NCBI GenBank assembly: GCA_047495785.1
Contig: JBLDXI010000021.1
Location: forward strand, 434,001 to 498,000
Direction: 5' to 3'
Length of the DNA: 64,000 nucleotides
Source: Lepidodermella squamata
Taxonomy: Eukaryota; Animalia; Gastrotricha
Below the pieces are notes generated by a model. That model had not been told where the DNA came from. It searched no databases and was given only the letters and a program-made list of their open reading frames with translations. This document shows, in pieces, positions 1 through 12,400 of this stretch (positions are counted from its first letter, which is position 1; every line of letters begins with the position of its first letter). The position numbers and the translations under genes were made by a program.

Positions 1-953
1 CCCTCGAAGACAATTATAAAATGTATATTACAGGTCTCAACTTCACATCGACAGTTATCAGTCTCGGTAGCTCTTTCATTTGACAGCTGTTTGGTGTCAG
101 CGCCGATCTCCACCCAGCCCAGGACCCAGGGTGCAAGATGGAACATCTGGTAACTGGTACCTGGAAACATCGAAAACGCACGCAATTTAATTGCGCGCAA
201 TTTTACCATGAAAAATTGCATAAACCTATTTTTTATTGTATTATCATTGAATTAATGAAAAATTTATATGACCTTGACTGCTATTTTATGGCGCGAAAGC
301 TGGATTTTTTCGTAGCGAAGCCGGACGCATCGATCACGTGGAAGACGCTGAGTTAAGTGAGTCGCTTGGTGTGTTACCTGTTACCTGTTACCCTTTCATT
401 GGGAGTAGTAGGGGCTCGGTTCTATCAAAATTCAAGCCTGTCCTGAGTTTTGGCCTCTCAGTTTTACAGCAGATCACCTTTTCTATTTTCTAGGCGCTCA
501 GTTTCCCGATGATGATTGCTTTCGACAAAAATGACTCACATAAGAATTGCGTCAACCTTATCCTCGCGCACATGTCCGCTGGAGGGCCAACAAGTTTGAC
601 GGCAGGCTTTGGGTCTTAGGTCAATATGAGTTTTCTCTCTTATTGTCGCTGGCCTTAAACTGTGGAATGTGAATTATATTTTAGCATTTGAAGACTAGAT
701 TGCTGTCCTAAATATCCAGGCCAAAGACATGATGCCTGGTGCCTGTTGAATCTTGTTTATAGCTTTTATTTATTTTCAACACATGTCTTTCCCGTGATTA
801 TCAGCACCTTTGGGTATTAAGGAACATATTTGATCAGCAATTGTGTGATATGGCATTGCCGTAACTCACTCATCTAATGGAGTAGTCGTGTTTATATCGT
901 TTACTCTTTTTGTAGAATATTTGTTGAATTAAGATCGCTAGCCGACTGAGGAA

Positions 954-2030
954 ATGTCTGAGCGGAAAGTCCTTAACGTAAGTTATAGCCTTTCATAAAC
1001 GTCACGTCAGTAATGTTGCGTATTCTGTTATTCAGAAATACTACCCGGCTGATTATGATCCATCCAAAATACCTAGGATCAAGGGTGAACGATCGAAGCA
1101 ATTCTGTATTCGTGTCATGGCGCCCTTCAATATGAGGTACGAAATTATTATTAGATTCAAAGCTTCATATTCACTTTCTCTTACTGCTGTTTTAGATGCG
1201 AGTCATGCGGGGAATATATTTATAAAGGAAAGAAGTTCAACTCACGCATGGAGAACGTTGAAGGGGAATCATATTTGGGCATACCTATCCGTCGTTTTTA
1301 CATCAAATGTACCAGGTGTGTCTCGGAAATAACGTTTCGCACCGACCCCGAGAATGTCGACTATGCTCCCGAGCATGGTGCGACACGGCTCTTTGAAGCC
1401 CTTAGAACTGCCGAAAAACTTGCCGCCGCTGAGGAGGATAGGAAACGCGAGGAGGAAGCTGATAATCCGATGAAACAACTGGAAAAGCGTACCACTGCAA
1501 GTCAGCGTGAAATTGAAATGCTGGAAACTCTGGAGGAACTGAAAGAGCTGAACGCTCGCCACGCATCTCTAGATCATGAGCAACTGCTTGACGCAAATGT
1601 GAAGGATACGGCCGAAAGAATAGATGCCAAGTTATTAGCTGCCATCGAAGAAGAAGAGGATGAACGAATAGTACAAGAGGCATTCGGCAAGAAAGGGAAA
1701 CGTGCACATGACAGCAGTGAAAGTGAAGACGATGAAAAGGAGGACCCAGAGAAAATGAAGGAACGAGAAGCTGCGATCGCGGCCTGGAAAAAAGCGAAAC
1801 CGTCATCCTCGTCTTCGTCATCAACAGCAACTGCTGACTTTGCTGTGCCAGCAAAACCTTCAACAATAGCTCAAAAAGCTGCTTTAGTAGTTCGCCCTAA
1901 AGCACCTCTAGTTAACAAACTTGGTGTCAAACCACCAACCTCTACTGCGAGTACCGCACCGAAGCCTGCAAATACCGAGCCCATTCGTGGCTTGGCCTTG
2001 CAATATAGTTCATCAGATGATTCCGATTGA
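954..2030 (+). CDS. YJU2: Splicing factor YJU2/CCDC94 (CWC16 family), 3 exons
   Basis: Exons 954-977, 1036-1136, 1196-2030 with GT-AG introns. The spliced N-terminus [21 protein letters not shown]...[26 protein letters not shown] and the second CxxC (KCTRC...ITFRTDPEN) are the family signature. Confidence 0.95.
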
Positions 2031-2129
2031 TCCGTCTGTGATTAGCTCTTCGCTTTTTGACTTATAATCAAGTTTAATAAATTTGTTGTGTTAGTGTCGG
2101 TTTTAATATTCACATAGAGTTTAAAAACG

Positions 2130-5100
2130 ATGGATTTGAGCGCTAGAATCGCTCCTTACCTGCGATTCTCTCTATCTCGGAGATTTCTATCTCGTTCTGT
2201 GGGCTGTCACAGGGCTGCTTTGGCGCAATGCCATAAAACGAGTAATTCACCGGCTTTACTCGTTCATCAGAACCCCCGTTTGTTGTTGAATGGGGCTAGT
2301 ATGCATGCGGCTTTGCAACGGCGGTACTTCTCATCGAATCCTGAAGATAAAGATCCAAAACCAGAGGAAGAAATTGAAGGTATTACAATGCCTTTATTGA
2401 TATGTATCATCTGCTGACCTGCGGTTTTACAGAAGCTGCTGAAGAGCCGGTTGTTCCTGTAAATTTGAATCCTCAAGGCAATATTCTTCAAACAATAACC
2501 GTTCCAGATGTCTTCCCACGCGTACCTTTTATCGCCGTTTCCAGACATCCCCTCTTCCCTAAACTTATTAAAATGATTGAGGTGAGTGAAGAGTCAGCAA
2601 AATCTTGGATTTTTCATTTTATTTTCATTTTAGATCACGAACCCCTTGCTAATTGAAACTATTCGGAGGCGAATTAGACTCAATCAGCCATACGCTGGTG
2701 TTTTTCTCAAGAAGGATGACAAGTAATCTTAGTTTTCTCTTTAAATATGAGGAAATTGCAATTATGATTTTTAGTTACCAAAGCGACGTTGTGGATGACT
2801 TGGACAAAGTATATCCAATCGGAACTTTCGTTCAAATTCACGAAGCTCATGATATGGGCGACAGGTTACGCCTAATTGTTATGGGACATCGAAGAATCCG
2901 CTTGCTAAATGTTGCCGAAGACCCTGAAATTGAAGCATCATCTGCAGTATTGACCGGCAGAAGAATGCGGAGAAAGCGTGGTGAAAATCGACGTGAGAAA
3001 CCTGCCACCCAGCCGACTGAACCGATTGCTGAGAAAACCGAGCTAATACCACCCGAGGAAGCGCCTAAACCGGACGAAACAATTTCTTCCGTCGCGAAAC
3101 CGGTCGTGTTAGTTGACACTGAAAACGTGGTCAATTTTACATATGAACAAAACGAGGAGATCAAGGCGGTTACTGCCGAGATTGTTAAGACCGTTCGCGA
3201 TATCATTTCGATGAACCCTCTCTATCGTGAATCAATTGCGCAAATTTTGCAATCGGGCCAGAGATTTATCGATAACCCTGTTTATTTGGCCGATTTGGGC
3301 GCGGCGCTGACCTCATCAGAATCTGCCGAGCTTCAGAAAGTCATGGAAGAACTCGATATTCCTAAACGCCTTTTCCTATCGTTGAGTCTACTTAAGAAAG
3401 AATACGAACTCAGCAAGTTGCAACAGAAAATCGGGAAAGAAGTTGAGGAAAAAGTGAAACAGCAGCATCGTAAATACATGTTGATGGAGCAGTTGAAAGC
3501 TATTAAGAAAGAACTCGGCCTTGAAAAGGAAGACAAAGATGCGATTGGGGAAAAATTCCGAGCTCGCTTGAAGGATTTGACCGTGCCTAAACAAGTCATG
3601 GAAGTCATCGACGAGGAACTAGCCAAATTGGCGTATTTGGACAACCATTCTGCTGAATTTTCTGTCACGCGCAATTATTTGGATTGGCTGACCAGTTTGC
3701 CATGGGGTGTTAAATCTGAAGAAAATCTCGACATTGAGCGTGCTCGACAGATTTTGGACGAAGACCATTATGGAATGGATGATGTCAAAAAGCGGATATT
3801 GGTAATTTTTGCCAAATTTTCAAATGAATTTTTATCCTCTTTTTTCAGGAATTTATTGCTATCATTCAACTCAAAGGGACCACCCAAGGCAAAATTCTGT
3901 GTTTCCATGGCCCTCCTGGAGTGGGCAAGACCAGTATCGCCCGGTCGATTGCTCGAGCTCTCGGCCGCGAGTATTTCCGATTTTCAGTCGGTGGAATGAC
4001 TGACGTGGCCGAAATTAAAGGCCATCGACGAACCTATGTTGGCGCCATGCCCGGAAAAATGATTCAATGCCTGAAGAAGACGAAAACCGAAAATCCCCTC
4101 GTTTTGATCGACGAAGTTGACAAAATCGGGAAAGGATTCCAGGGCGATCCGGCTTCAGCTTTACTCGAGCTACTCGACCCGGAGCAAAATATGAATTTCC
4201 TCGACCATTATCTCGACGTTAATGTCGATTTATCAAAGGTGCTATTCATTTGCACTGCGAATGTGATCGAAACCATCCCTGAGCCGCTGAAGGATCGAAT
4301 GGAGCTCATTGAAGTCTCGGGCTACGTTGCAGAGGAGAAGCAAAGCATAGCTGAGAAGTATTTGATACCTCAAGCTCTGAAACAGTGCGGTTTGACCCAA
4401 GAAAAGGTCGATTTGGCACCGGAAGCTGTCGCTCAGCTGATTAGGGCCTATTGCCGCGAATCTGGAGTTCGAAATCTGCAAAAGCAAATCGAAAAGGTTT
4501 TCTTTTTGATGATTCTTAAATCGATTTTAATTTCCTTTAAAAATAGATTTATCGGAAAGCTGCGTTCCAAGTCGTTCAAACTAAGGTGGATAAAGTCGAC
4601 GTCAACCCAGATAATCTATCCACATTCGTGGGAAAACCTCTCTTCACGCAAGACCGGATGTATGACCGCACACCTCCTGGCGTTGCAACAGGTCTTGCCT
4701 GGACCGCAATGGGCGGCTCCGTCCTCTACATCGAAACCACCTTAAGGAAAGCGCTTGAAACCGAAAAGGTTAAAGAAAGCTCGAGCAACAATGGCGAAGG
4801 TTCAGGCCATGGTTCGATGGAAATGACTGGTCGTCTGGGCGAGACGATGCGTGAAAGTGTCCAAATTGCCTACACGTTCTCGAAATCTTTTCTCATCCAG
4901 CATTTCCCTAGCAATAACTTCCTGGCTCAAGCTCATTTGCATCTGCACGTACCTGAAGGCGCGACCCCGAAAGACGGACCCAGTGCTGGATGTACAATTA
5001 CATCCGCCTTAATGTCGCTCGCTCTGAACACCCCGCTACGATCCGATGTTGCGATGACCGGCGAAATTTCCCTGACTGGTAAAGTTCTACCAGTCGGTGG

Positions 5101-5284
5101 TATTAAGGAGAAGATTATCGCGGCAAAACGGGCTGGTCTGAAATGCGTAATTTTACCAGAGGAAAATCGCAAAGACTTCGAGGAACTACCGGCATTTGTC
5201 CAAGCTGACTTGGAATTTCATTTTGCTTCCAAGTACGAAGACGTCTTTAAAATTGTCTTCCCTAACGTGCCTTACCAGCGTTAA
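2130..5284 (+). CDS. LONP1: Mitochondrial Lon protease, 6 exons
   Basis: Exons 2130-2379, 2433-2581, 2634-2722, 2775-3801, 3849-4496, 4547-5284. Arg/Ser-rich mitochondrial presequence, Walker [10 protein letters not shown], Walker B LIDEVDK, catalytic Ser (KDGPSAG) and Lys (VGGIKEK). Confidence 0.97.
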
Positions 5285-5470
5285 AAACGAATTAGTTTCA
5301 TATTTGACCCTGAAAATATATAAAACATCAAAACGTGCCTAGGTGACTCTAAATTGTTGTGTGCTAGAGACTATAGCAAATTGAATCGTGTGATTTCATA
5401 AAAATTGAAAAATAAACCGGCTCAAATGAATTTTGCCTTTTTTAATAGCTGAAATTTGCATTTATTAATT

Positions 5471-6395
5471 ATGGAGGAATATTGGCAGTCTGTCGATGAC
5501 AGCACTTTCAATTTTGCGATGGAGCAGTCCAATTCGAATATGCCCCCGCCGCAACCATTGACGTCAACCGCAGCGCCTCCTATTGAGGCGGCGATTGAAG
5601 ACAGTTCGACTCCTGCGATTCCGGTAGACGAAGCTGATGGGGCGGATGACGGTGCCACTGGAGCGGCTATCCAGGAAGAAGCTGGAGCTGAGCCTAAACT
5701 CGGGGAAATTACGGAACGTGATAAAATTTTGTAAGATCTCGATTAATTTTAGTTGAGAAATGTTTCACCTGTATTATTATATGATCATATCAGTCTTGAA
5801 CATCAGTTGGATATTTTTCCAAAAATTTTAGAAGTCGAATTAACCAAAAATAAAAATATACGAAAATGATCTATAATTTATTCAAATTTTGATGATAGAT
5901 TGCAAATCCTCCTCAATTAGTTCATAGAGTATTCAACATTGTTTTTCGCTAAATTCATTTGCTTGATATTTCCAGATGCCTCTTGTCCCATTTCGATCGT
6001 GAACAACTGGACCGATACGAGGCTTTCCGTAGAGGTGCTTTTTCGAAAAGTGTAATTCGAATGGTGAGTTTAACAACAATGTTTTCACCCTAATTTTTAT
6101 CCTGATTTTTATTGGATAGATAATGCAAACTGTAAGTGGGAAACCAGCCAGTCAAAACGCGGTCATTGCGATGGCGGGTATCACAAAAGTTTATATCGGT
6201 GAAATCGTCGAAGAAGCGCTAAGATTCCGCGAAGAGCAGCGAAAAGCGGCTAATTTATTTAGCCTCGACGACTCTAACGAAGATAATTCGAACACCAAGC
6301 ATAAGGACGCGCTGAAACCGAGTCATATTTACGAGGCCGTGCGTCGGCTGAAGGACAAAGTCATTCAAAAGCGACCTGCTGAATTCAGACTGTGA
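5471..6395 (+). CDS. TAF11: TFIID subunit 11 (TAFII28 histone fold), 3 exons
   Basis: Exons 5471-5730, 5976-6063, 6120-6395. The spliced sequence LLSHFDREQLDRYEAFRRGAFSKSVIRMIMQTVSG...VIAMAGITKVYIGEIVEEAL...LKPSHIYEAVRRLK matches TAF11. Confidence 0.92.
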
Positions 6396-6513
6396 TTAAT
6401 TTTCATAATTGAGACGTCGGTTTTTTTTATTCTCACGAAATTGAATTATGTAATGTTGACCGAAAAAAACATCTATTTGTGGTTAGAAATTTTGTGATTA
6501 ATTGGGTTGCGGC

Positions 6514-8553
6514 ATGTTAAGGAGGTTTTTCAGTTCAACCGCGTTTCGGTCTGTCCCCCGTGCGTTGGCGCGAGCTCAACGTCCCGAAATCGCCCAACAA
6601 ACCGCAGCGGACGAATTAGATGCGGTCGATTCGGACAGTCAATTAGTCGGCAAGGATGTATCTGGTCAAATGGTGTTCGACAGCGAGCGGCCTCGGACAG
6701 CCGATCCCCGAATCGACCCGGCTAAGAAAAAGCCGAAGCGGACTGTCGATGACGTCATTCGTGAAACCAGAAAAATGCGGTCAAAGTATTTTGAAAAATC
6801 AGCTAAGGTAATAATATATAGCGTGCGACTATTGTCTTCTTTTATTAGAAACATAATTTCTTATCAGATAACCTGAAGTGTGAAAGTAAATTTTAGTCTA
6901 AATCAAATTCCGTCAAAGTGTTGCAAATAATTTTCCGAATTTTTTCTCATAAATTCATTGATCGAAACTTGGGTGGAAAGTGTTGCGGATCAAACCGAAT
7001 TTAAGTAATATTCGGATTAAATGCGAAATTTTCTGAAAAAGAGACACTCCGATAGAAACACTTTTAAACTCGCTCAATCAAAATGATTTTTATTAAGGTG
7101 GATTTTAATTCAAAGCCAAATGCTGAATTGGAAAGCGACGATTTTTTCGGAATACCAAGTTCGAACAAGGATAAAATATCAAAAATCGACGCGCCAGTAG
7201 AAAGCCAATATTTCAATGGCGAGGAACCTACAGAGGTCGTGGAGAATATCGAACATTTCGATAATTTTTCCGGTGATCGAACTGTCAAGCCTCAACGGAA
7301 GATTGAAAAGCCAGTCGAAGAGCAGAAAATCCAGCCGAAAAAATCGAATGCTGAAAAGTCAATGAAAAGTCGTCCTGGTTTTGATGACGAGGAAAAAGAA
7401 ACGTATGCTTTTGATATTGCAATGCGAGTTCGGCGTGAAATTGAAGGGAAAAATGATCGAGCGAAAGATTCGAAAGGTTTCCGGCTGATGACCGGGACTA
7501 CCCCCAGCTGGGATTCAATGACTAATCAAGAAATATTCAGCGCCATCCGAAAATCTGTGATTTATAATGCCGACGACATTTTGGCGATAAATAAACCGTA
7601 TGGCCTGGCCTGTCAAGGTGCCGGGGACCACACGATTGCTGCGAATTTTCAACAAATCGCTGACTGGCTGAAGCGGTACCATGATGGTCAGAAATCGGCT
7701 GAAGTCTCTGAAAATACCAAGGATGCCGAAGAAATATGGTGCAGATTTGTCCATCGGTTAGATCGAGATACGACTGGCGTTTTGCTCATCGCAACGAAGC
7801 AACTTGTCGCAGCTAAATTGAGGTATTGGTTCAACGAGAGGAAAGTCCAGAAAACTTATTGGGCCATCACAAAGTTTGTGCCGAAAGAAAACGAAGGAAT
7901 AATTGATATTCCGATGTACGAATGCGAAATAGCAAGTTAGTTTCCTTTTGTGTGTTCTGTTTTGGTAGTTAATTTAATTTATTTCGCTTCAGATAACGTG
8001 TATAGAATGAACTTGGTTCCTGCTGTGGAGGCTAGTCGAAAACGTGGGGCTGTTAAGGCTGTAACTCGGTATAAGGTTCTCGATGCGAATAGCTCGTCTT
8101 GCGCCTTGATCGAGCTTTATCCTGAAACTGGCGTAAAGCATCAGGTAAATTTCTCATCAATAATTTAGCTTGTAAATCTACCTCAAATAAGAAAAATTCT
8201 GAGCAAAATTAAATTGAAGGCCGGTATTTTGATCTTGGAAAATTTGAGAGTAATCAATATTTTTTAAATTTAAGCTGCGTTGTCACCTTGGCCTCGGCCT
8301 CGCTACTCCTGTCCTTGGCGATCACAAGTACTCCCATTCCGACTCGATAAAGCCGCAGCGTTTACCACCTGCAGTGCTGCAATCACTCGGCATGCGGCAA
8401 GCCAAAGTTAGATCCGTGCCACTTCATCTACATGCGACGCGCATTGTTTTGCCGGAATTCGTCGATGGGCGCACTATTGTTATTTGTGCAAAACCGCCTC
8501 AATTTTTTATTGATACTGCTCGGCGTTTAAAGCTCAAAATTCCAAATTTGTAA
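6514..8553 (+). CDS. RPUSD4: Mitochondrial RluA-family pseudouridine synthase, RPUSD4-like, 4 exons
   Basis: Exons 6514-6807, 7098-7935, 7993-8144, 8275-8553. Presequence MLRRFFSSTAFR, INKPYGL, catalytic HRLDRDTTG, TGVKHQLRCHL...PVLGDHKY and LHLHA. Confidence 0.88.
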
Positions 8554-8641
8554 AACATATTTACCGCTTTATTCTATTTTTTCAATTTTTCCGATAGATC
8601 TGACTTTTAAATAATATTTTGTTTTCGATTCATTTTCCGAA

Positions 8642-9371
8642 ATGTCAGAAGAGGTGAATGATAATGAAAACGAGAATGTTGAAGATCTCGAAAAAGAGCC
8701 TGACGTTTATTACAAACCTGTTGTCGAACTTCAGCCCGTTAAAATTATCACCTACGAGGAAGATGAAGAAGAACTGCTTCGTCTTCGTTGCAAATTGTAC
8801 CGATACGCTTACGATTCGGAAGATGTCGAGTGGAAGGAGCGAGGCATTGGTGATATCAAGCTTCTGAAGCACCCTGAAAAGGGCCGAATTCGTGTGGTTA
8901 TGCGGCGCGAGAAAGTCTTCACTGTTTGCTGCAACCATTACCGTGAGTTTTCTTACCTTACGTGAACACGTAGCAAAAATTTTCTTGGAAATGATTATTA
9001 ACTTTAATCATTGAATAATGTATCTCACCGAATCTATTTAATTATTAGTGAAGCCTGGCATGCAGTTGGCCCGAGCTGCGGGAACTACCAGCGATCGTGC
9101 GGTAGTTTGGAGCACCATGTCAGATTTCGCCGATGGCGACCCGAAACGCGAAACATTTGCCGCTCGTTTCCTCTCAGCCGATGTCGCCGATCAATTTCGC
9201 GACAAATGGAACGAAATTTTGAAAACTCTCGCCGATGATGAAGTCAAAGAATTGGCTGAGAAAGCTGAGAAAACCGACAAATCCACGGCAAAGCAAGAGA
9301 AGGAAATTACAGAAACGTTGGACAAACTCAAAATCAAGAACGAATCCTCTCAGCCGAAAGAAGAGAATTGA
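8642..9371 (+). CDS. RANBP1: Ran-binding protein 1 (single RanBD1 domain), 2 exons
   Basis: Exons 8642-8942, 9049-9371. EEDEEELLRLRCKLYRY, EWKERGIGDIKLLKH, RVVMRREK...CCNH, DFAD...FAARF and a C-terminal NES-like LDKLKI. Confidence 0.93.
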
Positions 9372-9497
9372 TAACGCTTGTTGTTGATCTTCCTTAGCAA
9401 TTTTTGAACTCTTTCATTCGTCTTGCTTCAATTATATTAGAAAGTCTGTGATCAATGTTTCGAAAACTTTATTTTCCTGTAATTTTGTAGCTTTTAA

Positions 9498-12400
9498 ATG
9501 AGCGACGTGGATCTCACTCGGCTGTTGAATACAGATCAAGAAGAGCTGTTGGCTAGTCTTGAGAATGAATTTTTACAAAGCAAATTTTGTCAGCCAGAAT
9601 TTCTGGCCTACGACGACTTTTCAAAGCTTGGAACAGATTCAATCGACCCAAAAGATGTTCTCAAGCTGCTAATCACTCCAAGTGAACGAGCCACTGAATT
9701 GACGGAAGTTTGGGATTTTGAAGGAAATGTCGTCGGCTACAAAGAGGTTCCGGTCAATCTCGACGCTTTGGGTCAAGAGAAAATGTAAATGAAAATGCAA
9801 TAAAAAATCCAGCTTAATAACTTTTTATATTAGGAGTTTGATGGACCCCTCAACCCGACCTGCAGCTGCTCATGGTTCAGATCCTTTGGTTGGGTTCGTG
9901 AAATTACCGTTTTGGCCTGGTGGTATTGAGAAAAACCCGGAAATATCCGCTGCTTTGACGGATGAAGATTGGGGTTCAGGCCCTCAGATCGAAAAGCCAA
10001 CAAAACCTAGCCCATGGGACTATCAGAGCAAATTGATAACTTCAATACCTGGTTTTACCGGGGTTAATGAGGAAGAAATGCCGGACGATGATCCGGATGG
10101 ATTTCAACTTCCAGGGAAAAATAGTTATATCGATAAAGAGGAGCTATTATTCGAACCTTTCGACTTTTTATTGCCGAAAAGTGAAGAAGAGCCGAAGAAG
10201 AAAAATGTTGTCATAAATTTGACGAAAATGAATCTACCGACCCTATCCACATCGATGGTCAGCGACTCAAATTATCGATGGGCGATGCGAGTTGATCCCC
10301 GCGAGGCTGTTTCATCGGCTGAATTCAAGAAAAGAATTCCTGAACCGGCTCGGCAGTATCCGTTCGAACTCGATGTTTTCCAGAAACAAGCTGTTCTCCG
10401 CCTCGAAGCGCATGAAAACGTGTTTGTTGCTGCTCATACGTCAGCTGGTAAAACAGTGGTAGCTGAATACGCTATTGCTATGGCTATCAAACACAAAGCT
10501 CGAGTGATTTATACTTCGCCGATCAAGGCGCTGTCGAATCAGAAGTTTCGTGATTTTAAGGAGACTTTCGGCGACGTTGGTATCATCACTGGTGATATTC
10601 AACTTCGAGCCGATGCTTCTTGTTTGATTATGACGACTGAAATTCTGCGATCGATGCTGTACAACGGATCTGATGTCATTCGCGATACAGAATGGGTCAT
10701 TTTTGACGAGGCAAGTTCGATATCTATAATATTGAAATTCGCCTCCTGGGAAATTCGAACTTTTTATGCTGAATTCAAAATTATCCACAATTTTTCTGAA
10801 GTTTCTTTGAGGATTGATTAATTTTTACATTTTATTAGGTTCACTACGTCAATGACCCTGAGCGTGGTCACGTGTGGGAAGAAGCCATGATTTTGTTGCC
10901 GGACAACGTGAACATTGTTGCTCTCTCTGCCACTGTTCCAAATGCCATGGATTTCGCTGAATGGGTACGTTCAACGATTTCTGCTAAAATTTACTCTCTG
11001 AAATATCGGATTTTTCTCCCACAGATTGGTCAAATCAAGAAGCGAAAAGTTCACGTAATTACCACATCATTTCGCCCTGTGCCTCTCGAGCACAATCTCT
11101 GCATAAATTGGGCCGTAGATCGATGGTTTCCTCTTTTGAAGCCGCATTCTGTATCCCTGGACCAAACAGTTTATCGCCTCGCTATGCAGTCGAAACCTGC
11201 CAAATCCGACTCGAAAAATTACTACCAACAACCGGGTAGCCTTGCCCCGGTTCAAGAACGGCAAGCTTACCTAGCCGTCATTCAAACGTTGCAGAAGAAA
11301 GACAATCTACCTGCCGTTGTTTTCGTATTCAGCAAGAAGAAAATCGAAGATTTGACCGATGAGCTGTACTCAAAGGTTGACCTTCTATCAGCGAAAGAAC
11401 GCGGCGTTGTTCATAGTTTCTTCACGAAATCGCTGTCGAAGCTGAAAGAAGCCGATCGGCAATTGCCGCAGATTCAAAAAGTGCTCAGCCTCCTTAAAGT
11501 TGGTATCGGCATGCACCACAGTGGCGTTTTGCCTATTTTGAAGGAAATTGTGGAAATTTTGTTTCAACGCGGTCTTGTCAAGCTGCTCTTTGCTACTGAG
11601 ACTTTCTCGATGGTAACTTTTCACGGATATACTTTCACTTATCATATTTAGATTAGGAGTGAAAGGTAATCGGTAACTTTGTACCCACAAATTCGTGCCT
11701 CGGTCATTTCGTAACGATTTTTTGTATTTTTCAACAAATAATTTCTCAGTCTACCGGTGGTCGAATTCGCCAATGTTTTCATCGCCTTAACCCTCCGAGC
11801 ACTGAAACCTAGAGTCACAATTTCGGCCGAAGGTACAAATTTTAAAAATTTTAAAGAGCGAAAATAGCCCGTAAGCGACAGCTGTAATAATTTAATGCGT
11901 GTTATTGATTTTCAATTTATTAAAATCGGTAAAACAAGTGCTTGAGACTAAGAATCATGAATACAATGACAGCAAAGAACCCGACGATGTTCGTTGCAAA
12001 TAAAATCCCCGGCAAGCTGTGCACCGGATAGATGATTATCGGGCAAGGTTCCTAGGGCAGACAACACAGCGACCCATCTTCGGCCCTTCTTCGGCAAGCC
12101 TCGGCTTCTTGGCAGGCACTTCGATATAAGGTACTTGAGAGCTTGGCGCACTTCTGGCCGCAGAGCTCGCGGGTTCGCGAGACGGCGTTCGATTTCGGGT
12201 CTGACGAGCATCTCCGCCAAGTCATTCATAAACACCCGCCGCCGATGAGCCTTTAGGAACCAGTTCGGAAACATAAGCCGCGACGCAGGCGATGTCCAGA
12301 ATGTTGAAAAAGAAGACGTTCGACCATTCGCGCGAGATTCGACGGCAGGTGTACAGCCGAACAAGATGGTCCATATTGTCGACCTGGTTTAGTAGCGTTG

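Noticed and set aside
400-760. Minus-strand peptide faintly resembling a LINE RT segment (IIHIP...SY*P...RLTQFL)
   Set aside because: Multiple stops and too little motif identity to support a call without a search.
1269-5658. Antisense and alternative-frame ORFs overlapping YJU2, LONP1 and TAF11
   Set aside because: Shadows of the real coding strands with no independent motifs.
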